The position numbers and the translations under genes are program-made. A stretch of DNA of 61,912 nucleotides, the filler included. It is 6 parts of 6 records of this genome, joined end to end, with 100 filler letters (N's around TTAATTAATTAA, not from the genome) between each part and the next. Parts side by side here need not be neighbours in the genome. Positions count along the whole stretch, not along the records: positions 7,695 to 29,425 come from SRR31147125_17643; positions 29,526 to 41,896 come from SRR31147125_17651; 4 more parts are not named here. The stretch is one strand, 5' to 3'. The first letter of the stretch is position 1. Each line of letters opens with the position of its first letter. This document shows positions 23,377 through 32,570 of the stretch, piece after piece. The notes below the pieces were generated by a model. The model was not told the origin of the DNA. It was given only the letters and a program-made list of their open reading frames with translations, and did no database searches.

Positions 23377-24302
23377 TCATAGATATCTTGATATTATATG
23401 CGTTGTACTTCCTAATTTAAATCCACTTGAAGAGTAAATATGAAAAGCTGCTCTGTTGGCAGACTGTGTCGTTACAGTTACATAGTCAGAATTCATCTCT
23501 TTTAAAATATAAATCATCTCTGAAAGTAACTTCCTGAGCCACCCTTTACACGTTTTCGAAGATACAGCTGTTAATAAAATTTTTGCAATATTGACACCTG
23601 ACACATCTACCGGTTTATTCGCTACTAAAAAAGCATCAGAAGAAAGCAACTTATCATCTGGCACTAATACAATATCACAAAATCCTTTTATAGCTTCTTC
23701 TGTATACGTTGCTAAATAGTCATTGGCCTGGGACAAAGTAAAAACAGCGTCTGAATGTATTCTATCATAGTAATTGATCATTTCAGCTGCTACTCTTCTA
23801 AGATTTTCAATATCGCTTGTTACCGCCTTTCTTACAGGAAATCGTTCATAATTATAATTGTCAAAATTATCAAAAAAACAGTTTAATCTCGTCTCTATTA
23901 ACTTGAATCTGTTTTCACAAAGAGCTTGTATTAAATAATTATCTTCAGAGGGGATTTCTATAAAACAATATTTTTTTTCACCTTTAAAGAACATGTTACA
24001 AAATTTTTCAGTCGCTTGCTTTAAAATTACATAGTCATCATGTTTGTATAAAACAGCAAGGATCTTATACGTAGGAATTCTAAAATAATTTGAATCCCAT
24101 TGTAAATGTTGAATAATAAAAAAATGTTTCTCCTGAGAACTCGTTATTTCAACAACTTGAGAGTCATCATCATCAATAGCATTTAAAAGTGGTTTTAGTA
24201 CTGAGCTTTCATAAAGCATATTTTTGTCAATTTGTCTTAGGAAACTATAAGGAGAATAATAAAAAGCTTCTCCTTTCGAAATTTCATTGCTTCACCGATC
24301 AT
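23377..24302 (-). CDS. WecD-like GNAT sugar acyltransferase (start probably ATG 24302; frameshift at A5 24261-24265)
   Basis: L.WDS.YF, R.H.D, V.TQ.AN.AA...Y...GF. Adding one base gives MIGEAMKFRKEKLFYYSPYSF with an AAGGA RBS. Confidence 0.7.
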
Positions 24303-24411
24303 ATCATATCCTTTTTTGCAAGTAATATCTCCTCTTTTGGGTAGGATAGATTCTTTGATGCTCCTGCATTTCCTGACAATTTATAATAATTATTAAACTA
24401 TGTCTATTCTG

Positions 24412-25413
24412 TTACCAATAAAAATGCTTGTGTTTTTTATAATAATCGATCGTCATTTGCAAACCCTCTGCCAAAGAAAATTCAGGAGACCATTTTACCA
24501 TATTTTTAATTTTTGTAATGTCTGAATAAAAATCCCCCGGCTCCTGCGCTTTTCTCTCCGGTGTAAAAGGAGCAAATTCCCATTTTCCGGTGCCGGATAA
24601 TTCCGTAATCAATTTAGTTAATGTCAAAAAATCAGAAGGTTCATCAATGCCAACATTGAATATCTCCCCGTAGGCCTTTTCCACAAGTGCGCTCATTAGT
24701 ATAGCTGACACACAATCATCAATGAACAAAAAATCCCTTTTAATTTTACCATCGCCAAAAACCTTAATAGTCTCATTGTCGATGGCCATACGGATAAACC
24801 AATTCGCAACACCATAGTTAGGAGTTTTCATTTGAGAACGTGGCCCAAAAATATTTGTCAAGCGCAACAATACTGAGCGAATCCCAAAATTATCATGGTA
24901 AACCTTCATTATCTTTTCGGCCGTCAATAAAGAGATTTCATAAATTCCCTTTGGATTTGTTGGTGCATCTTCATTCACTGGTAATTTCGTAGCCGGGCCA
25001 TACTGACCTCTTGTTCCGGTTCGCACAACAATAGCTTTGGGATTAATTTTTTTACAGGCTTCCAACAAGATCGCTGTTCCTTTTATATTTATATCTATAT
25101 CTGGAAAAGGATCTGTCAAACTTTTAACATGGTTCACTTGTGCGGCCAAATGAAATATAAAATCTGCATCCCGAACCAAATATCTCATGGAATGTTCATC
25201 TAATACATTGGAAAAGTTAACATGAACTTTATCTTTTATCGGTTCAATATTATAAAGATTACCACCATATTCAGGAATCATGGCATCTACAATAGTAACA
25301 TTTGCTCCTGCCTCTACTAACTTTATGGCAAGATTACTCCCAATAAATCCTAAACCACCTGTAATGAGACAATTTGAATTTTCATAGGCTTTGAAATTAT
25401 TTACATCTTTCAT
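24412..25413 (-). CDS. NAD-dependent nucleotide-sugar epimerase/dehydratase (extended SDR)
   Basis: ITGGLGFIGS, FHLAAQ, RLTN.FGP, RDF..IDD. Confidence 0.92.
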   Translation of the reverse strand: MKDVNNFKAYENSNCLITGGLGFIGSNLAIKLVEAGANVTIVDAMIPEYGGNLYNIEPIKDKVHVNFSNVLDEHSMRYLVRDADFIFHLAAQVNHVKSLTDPFPDIDINIKGTAILLEACKKINPKAIVVRTGTRGQYGPATKLPVNEDAPTNPKGIYEISLLTAEKIMKVYHDNFGIRSVLLRLTNIFGPRSQMKTPNYGVANWFIRMAIDNETIKVFGDGKIKRDFLFIDDCVSAILMSALVEKAYGEIFNVGIDEPSDFLTLTKLITELSGTGKWEFAPFTPERKAQEPGDFYSDITKIKNMVKWSPEFSLAEGLQMTIDYYKKHKHFYW

Positions 25414-25441
25414 GAATATAAACTCCCATTGTGCAAGCTTG

Positions 25442-26938
25442 TTAATTTGTCTCTTTTTTCTTTGAAAATAATACTACATCAATACCGGTAAATCTTTTGT
25501 TATGAACCCTGTTAAAGTCTTTCATAATAAATTCCTGGGTTTTGTCACTATAATTCACAACTTCCCAGGGATGACTAACTACAAACCAAAGGCGATTATA
25601 ATTTTTAGCCGTATTCACTACTTTCGAATGATGTAAGCTATGAAAAATACCATATACAGGATAACCTGTTGGCAAATAATATTCCAGCGCTGGTTTGATG
25701 ACAAGTACATAAATGCAATCACCCTCTGAAAAATTTTCTTCTAAATAAGCCGCTGCTTCACGGCTGTCATCCTTGCCATAAGCTTCATCGAAATAATAGT
25801 TCTTTGCTGAAAATAACATTAATGAGATCGTTAATATCAACACGGTATTTCTTATTATTCTGGATTCACTTCTTAAGATTATGTAGCTCGTCAAAACAAT
25901 AAATGCAGGGAAAGCAAAACAAACATATCTAACATTGAATTTTAAATTTGTTATCACTGACACTAATGAAACTAAAATGATTGGTATAATTATGTTTAAC
26001 AACAAAAAATCTAATTTACGAAAATCATCCTTGATATTTTTCAAAAGTATTATGGCTATTAAGACAAATAATACCGCTAACAGAACCAGTAATGGTAAAT
26101 ACTGAATTAAAAGATCCATACCTTGTGTTGTGTGAATTTTCTCTACAGTCGGTCCTAAAAAATAGCCAAATAAAAATGTGTAAAAAATATAGACAAAACT
26201 AATTATACTAAATGACCTTTTTCCAACTCCGGATTCTCCTAACATGACCATTGTGTTCTTGACCATAATAAACATAAAAATAAGGCCAGGGATATATCCC
26301 AGGAACATAATAATCATCACAAGGAGCCATTTCCTAAAAGGAATATTCACTTTTTTCAAATGAAAAAAATAGTATATGTTATGCACTACAACGACAGTAC
26401 CAAAATATGCATGTGTATAAAGTCCCAGCAAAGTGATAATGATATACCCTATCCAATACTTTTTTTCGTCCTTGTATAGTGCCTGCCAGAAAAAATAGAG
26501 AGAAAGAGTCGTTAAAAATATTAGCAAGGCATAAGATCGCATTTCCTGGGAATACCAAATGTGAAAAGGCGATATAGCCAGAATAAAACTAGAGAGTAAT
26601 CCGGTTTTTTTATTAATAATGACAGATCCCAGTTTATATACGGCAACGAGTGTTAAAATTCCGAATATAGCCGAAGGAATGCGCAACCACCATTCTTCAA
26701 TGGATATTTTTGACCAACTGTTTATGATAAGATGAAATAGAGGAGGCGTATTATCTCTGGTCAAAATGGTTTTAAATAAATTATTTATAGTACCTTGACT
26801 AATCTCTAGCTGAATAGCCTCATCTACCCATATACTCTGCGCTCCAATATGGTATAGCCTCAAGAAACTACCTATAAGAACGATAAGAATTAAATAGAGA
26901 TTGTTTTTATCTATATTATTATTAATTAATTTATTCAT
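25442..26938 (-). CDS. GT-C (PMT/ArnT-like) membrane glycosyltransferase
   Basis: LRLY..G.QS.W.DE, PPLF, LR.PSA, SP.HIWYSQE.R.Y. Confidence 0.88.
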   Translation of the reverse strand: MNKLINNNIDKNNLYLILIVLIGSFLRLYHIGAQSIWVDEAIQLEISQGTINNLFKTILTRDNTPPLFHLIINSWSKISIEEWWLRIPSAIFGILTLVAVYKLGSVIINKKTGLLSSFILAISPFHIWYSQEMRSYALLIFLTTLSLYFFWQALYKDEKKYWIGYIIITLLGLYTHAYFGTVVVVHNIYYFFHLKKVNIPFRKWLLVMIIMFLGYIPGLIFMFIMVKNTMVMLGESGVGKRSFSIISFVYIFYTFLFGYFLGPTVEKIHTTQGMDLLIQYLPLLVLLAVLFVLIAIILLKNIKDDFRKLDFLLLNIIIPIILVSLVSVITNLKFNVRYVCFAFPAFIVLTSYIILRSESRIIRNTVLILTISLMLFSAKNYYFDEAYGKDDSREAAAYLEENFSEGDCIYVLVIKPALEYYLPTGYPVYGIFHSLHHSKVVNTAKNYNRLWFVVSHPWEVVNYSDKTQEFIMKDFNRVHNKRFTGIDVVLFSKKKETN

Positions 26939-27008
26939 ACCTACATCTTTTTTTAATATTCAAACGTTTTCTCAGAAATCGTCACATCATATCTTTGAAC
27001 GAGATATT

Positions 27009-28115
27009 CTATTTGTTGCCTAATATTTTATAAAACAATTCTTCATAATCTTGAGAAATTTTATTCCAGGAATATTTTTCTTGTACTCTTGTTTGTGCTT
27101 TCGCCCTATATTCATCAACTACTTCAGGATGATCACATAGATATTGCATTTTCTCCGTCAAATTGTCCTTTTCTTCGGTAGAAAAATATAATCCTGCTTT
27201 GGCTAATACCTCTCGATGCTCTGGCACATCATTCGCTAAAACACAATTGCCATACCCCATCCCTTCTAATAACGCAGGATGAGTACCTCCAACCTCGGTT
27301 GCTTGAACATAAATGTAAGCGTTTGATTGAAATTCTCGATACCCACTTCCAAAGACATAACCGGTAAAAATAACTCTGTCATCTTTAGTGGATTTAAGTT
27401 TATCAATGTAGGCCTTACTATAAGGGGCATCTCCAACAATAACTAATTTCTTGTCCGTTTTTACGTTTTCAAATGCTTGCAAAACTAAATGAGCATTATT
27501 TTCCGGTTCCAATCGACTAACATATAGTATATATTGATTCGTTGACAGTCCATATTCGTCCAGGATCGTTTTTGAATCAACTTTTTTCTCAGGTGCACCA
27601 TAAGGTATATAAGTCGAAGGTTTGTTAAATTTTTCCATATAGTACTCTTCGATACCTAGTGCATCTGTTACAATTTCATTAGGGAATAGGGTCGCTAAAT
27701 ATTCGGAAAACTTGTAAAACCATTTTCCAAAGATATTCCATTTTTGTCTCTTCCACTCCAATCCATCCACATTCAATGCGACTTTTTTACCACTAACCCT
27801 GGGTATCCAGGAAAAAGAGCTATTTGCGCTATTACAAATCAAGACAACATCAAATTTCTTAAAAAGACTGTGAATGCTGCATAAAAACGTATGAAATACG
27901 GTATCCAGATATTTATGACTTATCGTGGGTAATATTTTTATCGCAACGCCCTTGTAATGACTATCCTTGTAATCAATATTATTAGATCTTCCATACACAG
28001 TTACGCTGTGTCCTCGCTCGACTAATCGTGTCGCTAATTCTTCGGCAAACGTTTCAAATCCACCATAATTAGCTGGAATGCCGCGAATTCCCATAATTGC
28101 AATTCTCAACTTCAT
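27009..28115 (-). CDS. GT4 glycosyltransferase (DUF1972-type N-terminus)
   Basis: G.RGIPANYGGFETF, NVDGLEWKR.KW, RLEPENN, GGTHPALLE.MG. Confidence 0.93.
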   Translation of the reverse strand: MKLRIAIMGIRGIPANYGGFETFAEELATRLVERGHSVTVYGRSNNIDYKDSHYKGVAIKILPTISHKYLDTVFHTFLCSIHSLFKKFDVVLICNSANSSFSWIPRVSGKKVALNVDGLEWKRQKWNIFGKWFYKFSEYLATLFPNEIVTDALGIEEYYMEKFNKPSTYIPYGAPEKKVDSKTILDEYGLSTNQYILYVSRLEPENNAHLVLQAFENVKTDKKLVIVGDAPYSKAYIDKLKSTKDDRVIFTGYVFGSGYREFQSNAYIYVQATEVGGTHPALLEGMGYGNCVLANDVPEHREVLAKAGLYFSTEEKDNLTEKMQYLCDHPEVVDEYRAKAQTRVQEKYSWNKISQDYEELFYKILGNK

Positions 28116-28135
28116 AATCGTGATCTTGATCCTTT

Positions 28136-29425
28136 CTAGTTTAACTTAAATATCTTTAAACCAAGTCCTTCCGTTTCCTTATCCTCGTAAACGAGTCTTA
28201 ATGTTTCAGGTATCATGGTACCATCAAATAAATTTTTCAACTTTGGAAATCTTTCAAGATATCTTTCTGCTACAACAAGGTATTCTACGTTTTTAAAATG
28301 CGCATAAGACAATATTCGATCAAGGCTATTATTTGAAAAAGAAGCTCCTTTTCTAATATCCCGACAACCTGCATAAAAATCAACAGCCTTGTTTGTGCTC
28401 ATCAAAATAGGAGGCTGTATACTATTTTCTTTTAACCATATACCTGCTTTTTTTAACTCAATGGCATCTTCCCATTGGCCTGGAGCCCATTTCTCACGAG
28501 TTATAATTTTTCCCATTTCTGGTATAAACGATAAAAATAACACAACAACTATAACGCTAATCCATGAAAGCCATTTAATGTTTTGTAAGACTTTATTATT
28601 ACTGTCTCTGAGTAAAATGTAGAAATTTTCTTTTATCCAATTAGAGAATTCTACAACACCCTTACCGACCCAAATGAAACAAATAATTAATCCCGGTAGT
28701 AAATATCTATCGTTTATATGAAATAACGGTATAATGATCAACCAAAAAAAACCGACAAAGGTCAATAAATATAAACTAATTTTCATCTTGTTTTCTGGCC
28801 AGGCAGATCGAAACAAACCCAGGATAAAAAATAAAAACAAAAGAAAACCAAATAGTTGTGGAATCGCGTATTTTAACACACGATAGAAATTAACACTGAA
28901 TTTTTTCACGATCAAGGACAAGCGAATGGTTCTACCAGCGTGCGCGGATTGTTTTTTCGTGCTTGAGAAATTACCCTCATGATAAATAGCATCCATGGGA
29001 AGCATACGATTATCTTCACTCAATGAACGAAAATCATATTTTTGGGCAGTATAAGCATTGGCTTCAAATTGCTGATTTGCACCAATTTTTGCAGTCAATG
29101 TCCAACGACCCGTTTCTTTCTGAAGATAAATTATGTACGGACTGGCAACAAAAACAAAACCAATCAAGCAAGCAAATAATAACCAAACTTTTACCAGACC
29201 TTTCCGTCGGTACATGTCTACTAGTGCAAAAAGGCCAGCAACCATCAAATAGGTTGCCAAATAACCAACTCCCTCTGGTTTAATCAGGTAAGAAATTCCA
29301 AAAACAGCTCCGGTTAAAATGGAATACCTATACAAATTCTTTTCAACTGCTTTCAGACCTGTATAAAGACCAACAATGATAAACAGAATAAAAGCAGGCT
29401 CTGTTAATGTCGTTGTTGAAAAAAA
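28136..29425 (-). CDS. GT-C-like membrane glycosyltransferase (5' end truncated)
   Basis: Frame is open to the contig edge (STTTLTEP); YLIKPEG, RYLLP; multi-TM. Confidence 0.75.
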   Translation of the reverse strand, partial: FFSTTTLTEPAFILFIIVGLYTGLKAVEKNLYRYSILTGAVFGISYLIKPEGVGYLATYLMVAGLFALVDMYRRKGLVKVWLLFACLIGFVFVASPYIIYLQKETGRWTLTAKIGANQQFEANAYTAQKYDFRSLSEDNRMLPMDAIYHEGNFSSTKKQSAHAGRTIRLSLIVKKFSVNFYRVLKYAIPQLFGFLLFLFFILGLFRSAWPENKMKISLYLLTFVGFFWLIIIPLFHINDRYLLPGLIICFIWVGKGVVEFSNWIKENFYILLRDSNNKVLQNIKWLSWISVIVVVLFLSFIPEMGKIITREKWAPGQWEDAIELKKAGIWLKENSIQPPILMSTNKAVDFYAGCRDIRKGASFSNNSLDRILSYAHFKNVEYLVVAERYLERFPKLKNLFDGTMIPETLRLVYEDKETEGLGLKIFKLN

Positions 29426-29525
29426 NNNNNNNNNNNNNNNNNNNNNNNNNNNNNNNNNNNNNNNNNNNNTTAATTAATTAANNNNNNNNNNNNNNNNNNN
29501 NNNNNNNNNNNNNNNNNNNNNNNNN
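29426..29525. other. Artificial contig spacer
   Basis: N44-TTAATTAATTAA-N44. Confidence 0.99.
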
Positions 29526-29566
29526 GGCAAGTTATTAAAAACCGATTCCTTAATATTTTTGGGCAC

Positions 29567-30787
29567 TTATGCTTGCTCTTTTCCGGCGTTGATTTTCTCA
29601 TACGCTTGTCGCATGGTTTCAGCCAATTGATCGATATCTGCAGGTTTTCTCAGGTAGGCAAATGCTCCCAACTCCATGCAGGTTTTCTTGTCCGCCTCCG
29701 AGCCATGCCCCGTAAGGATAATCACTTCAATTTCAGGTTTGGTCTGTTTGATTCTACGAAGGACTTCAAATCCATCAATCCCGGGCATTTTCAGATCCAA
29801 TACCATGACTTCGGTTTCATCTTTATCGGCGGTGTCCAAGGCCTCTTGCCCGCTGAAAACAACATTACTGTTAATTTGTCTCATTCTCAGACGTTCGGAG
29901 AGGGTTTGAACGAACTCTTTTTCATCATCCACCAGCAGGACATGGAGCGGTGTTTCAAATTCAAAGTTGTGGGTCATGCCTGTTTTATAATAATTTTTTC
30001 CGATTTTTGTTTCAACGGCTTTTACCCCTTCGATTCTCTGTGTGATAGAGGTGATTTTTTGTTTTAACTTGGAAAGAAAGAGAACGTTCTTGTCAATTGT
30101 AACGGTAATTTTACCCTCAACTGAGGAAACAACCAAGCCGCTGCCCACTTCTGCAAGGGCCTTTGAAACATTCGCCGCCAGAACAAAGTCATCCGCTTCC
30201 ATTGCCACGGTTGTTTCAGAAATTTTTGACAATGTTTCAAGATGTTTTGTAATGAGAGCGACGGACGCTTCGACATCGAGCTTGTCCGAAGGAATGACGA
30301 TGTCATACAGAGACTCATCCCACGCTTTTTTCCCGGTCAGGCCGTTTACCCACAACATGGTTTGTTTATCCGCTTCCGCCACTTCGTTGGCAGCCTCTTT
30401 TTCGGAGATGCCTTTTTGGGCCGCACCGTCAATGACTCGGGTCTCTTTATCGGTGACGATCAGTACCCGTAGGGCATGACTGATCCACTCCGGAATGAGG
30501 TGGCCTAGAATACCGTTGAAGATAACATCACCTTTATTGATATGAGCGGCCAGTGTCGTTTTGAGTGCGGCAATGATTTTTTCCTTTTCATGGGTAAAGT
30601 CGTTAAAAGGAATCTGTTTGGAATCAATTACCTTCTGGATACTTGCCAGCTGAATTTCCTGGGTGTTGGCGGTTTCTTCCATAATGTCTCTATCCGTTAA
30701 TACAGAGTACCCTAATTGCTTGGACAGCTTGGCAACCGTTTCGTTCGAATGGGTAAAGTGTGCGCCTGTGATGGAAATAATAGACAT
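29567..30787 (-). CDS. Cytidylate-kinase-like domain + C-terminal receiver domain protein
   Basis: N-terminal A..LG, D..LYD..I kinase-like fold; receiver motifs LLVDDE, LDLKMPG.DG, LTGHG, KP. Confidence 0.85.
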   Translation of the reverse strand: MSIISITGAHFTHSNETVAKLSKQLGYSVLTDRDIMEETANTQEIQLASIQKVIDSKQIPFNDFTHEKEKIIAALKTTLAAHINKGDVIFNGILGHLIPEWISHALRVLIVTDKETRVIDGAAQKGISEKEAANEVAEADKQTMLWVNGLTGKKAWDESLYDIVIPSDKLDVEASVALITKHLETLSKISETTVAMEADDFVLAANVSKALAEVGSGLVVSSVEGKITVTIDKNVLFLSKLKQKITSITQRIEGVKAVETKIGKNYYKTGMTHNFEFETPLHVLLVDDEKEFVQTLSERLRMRQINSNVVFSGQEALDTADKDETEVMVLDLKMPGIDGFEVLRRIKQTKPEIEVIILTGHGSEADKKTCMELGAFAYLRKPADIDQLAETMRQAYEKINAGKEQA

Positions 30788-30907
30788 GATATGCTCCTTT
30801 AATTTATTATGGTGTCAATTCAATTAATTTGTTTTCAGCTATTCTTATCTTATGCTTAAGGTCAATGTACGTTGTTTCTTCTTGCGTTTTTCTTGTTAAT
30901 CTATAAC

Positions 30908-30923
30908 AGCAAACTGCGTGCCA
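30908..30923 (-). promoter_or_regulatory. Sigma-54 promoter
   Basis: Minus strand TGGCACGCAGTTTGCT matches consensus TGGCAC-N5-TTGCW. Confidence 0.85.
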
Positions 30924-30942
30924 ATTTTGTTTTATGTATATA

Positions 30943-30955
30943 AATCAAAATGTTG
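30943..30955 (+). promoter_or_regulatory. IHF binding site
   Basis: AATCAAAATGTTG matches WATCAANNNNTTR, about 20 nt upstream of the -24 element. Confidence 0.6.
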
Positions 30956-31197
30956 CGGTTTGTATGTGGTTTTTGTTTTTTTATTTATAAACGTTATGGA
31001 ACATAATGGGATTGCTGCATTCAGATGGTGCTGCACCCAAATGAAACATTATAAAACATTGATATTTTGATTTGATAACCGTTACAAGCAGCAAGTTAAA
31101 AATTGAAATAAAAGATAGTAAAAAGAAAAGTGGTTATCGAAGAAAGAGGAATAGAGTGGAGGGCGAAATAAAAAAATGAGAAGAAGTAAGATAAGAA

Positions 31198-31228
31198 TAA
31201 AAAAGCCCGGAAAAAAATTCCCGAGCTT
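31198..31228 (-). terminator. Rho-independent terminator
   Basis: Minus strand AGCTCGGGA-T-rich loop-TCCGGGCT followed by a T tract. Confidence 0.65.
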
Positions 31229-31439
31229 ATGGTCCAAAATCGTATGGTCTCAAATTACTGATGATTTGTTGTTCCGTTTTTGTTGCGACTCACTGGAAAT
31301 CAAGCAGCCTTTCTAAAGAATCGTCGGTTACCGAATCGTGTGGCGTGTGGACCTTTGGGTGTGTTTTTGTCCGTCCGCATCGTCCATGCGCTCTCTCAAA
31401 ATATCGCCGGTAAGCCAACAACGGCACAATTACAATGGT

Positions 31440-32144
31440 TTACTCAAACGTCAACATCAAGCCGTGGGGCTCAGCACGCATATTCCCTCCCAGCACATCA
31501 ACCGCCCGAATAAGCTCCTTCCAAAGGGCAACCGAAGGAAGCGCCTCAGCGATATCCGGCAGGGCACTTTCAGCATGAGAAATCAAAATGGCCACTTGAA
31601 TCTTTGACGGAGTGTCTTCATTGGCCTCACTATTTCCGGAAAAATCAAATGTAATGGCGGTTCCGGAAGGAACCGTTGAAAACAAACACTCCATGGAAAG
31701 ATGTAACACCGCCTGGAACTGAACCGGATCAGTATAATGGTTAATAGGGACGTTGCCGTTACACGGAGTTACCGACATCGTAACCCCGACATTTTCCGCC
31801 AAACGCCCGGTCAGTGCTAAAAGGCAATGCGCCAACGAAACAATATCCACCCTCTGAAAATCATGATCTGTTGTGTGGGCAAATCCGTTTAAATTGGACG
31901 TCAATCCGGTGCCTCGCACCGCTTGTTTTTTGATGAGTTCCAAACAACCGACCAACCGCTCCACAGGAACATCTTCTCCCTTGCGCATGGCCATCATGAT
32001 AAGATCTTCCATCAGTCCGGCATTTTCCTTGACAATGGCCAGAACATTTTGAATCTCATGTGAAACCGAGGCGGTCACTTTTCCGAAAAACCTGGGTTTC
32101 AGTGAATCTTGCGGGGTATCGGGTGCAGTCTCTTGGCCGGTCAT
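31440..32144 (-). CDS. Histidine-kinase-like protein with H-box but degenerate ATPase domain
   Basis: ASVSHEIQNVLAI H-box; no recognisable N/G1/F/G2 boxes; no sensor or TM region. Confidence 0.75.
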   Translation of the reverse strand: MTGQETAPDTPQDSLKPRFFGKVTASVSHEIQNVLAIVKENAGLMEDLIMMAMRKGEDVPVERLVGCLELIKKQAVRGTGLTSNLNGFAHTTDHDFQRVDIVSLAHCLLALTGRLAENVGVTMSVTPCNGNVPINHYTDPVQFQAVLHLSMECLFSTVPSGTAITFDFSGNSEANEDTPSKIQVAILISHAESALPDIAEALPSVALWKELIRAVDVLGGNMRAEPHGLMLTFE

Positions 32145-32201
32145 TGCTCTTTGTCCTTCTATTGTTCGTCATTTTTTGTTTCTGGGGCATTCAACTGGCG
32201 G

Positions 32202-32570
32202 TCAATTTCCGACAGCGCTTTTCACTTTATCGGTCAAATCCTTGATATCCACGGGTTTCATCAAATAGTCAAAAGCTCCCAGACGCATCCCCTCCATGCC
32301 TTCTCGGGTTGAACCATGGCCGGTCAGCAGAATCACCGGCAGCTCCGGAGTGATGATTTTGATCTGTCTCAATGTGTCAAGTCCGCTCATCCCCGGCATC
32401 AAAAGATCCAGGATAACAATATTGAAACCGTTGTCGGAAATTTTTTTCAGTCCGGTTTCTCCGTTGGCAGCGGTTTCGGTCTCGTAGCCTCTGAGGTTCA
32501 ATCGTTCAGCCAAAGTAGATGAAAACTCTTCTTCATCATCGATCAATAAAACCTTTAGGGATTCACTCAT
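32202..32570 (-). CDS. Single-domain response regulator
   Basis: LLIDDE, LDLLMPGMSG, LTGHG, DYLMKP. Confidence 0.93.
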   Translation of the reverse strand: MSESLKVLLIDDEEEFSSTLAERLNLRGYETETAANGETGLKKISDNGFNIVILDLLMPGMSGLDTLRQIKIITPELPVILLTGHGSTREGMEGMRLGAFDYLMKPVDIKDLTDKVKSAVGN

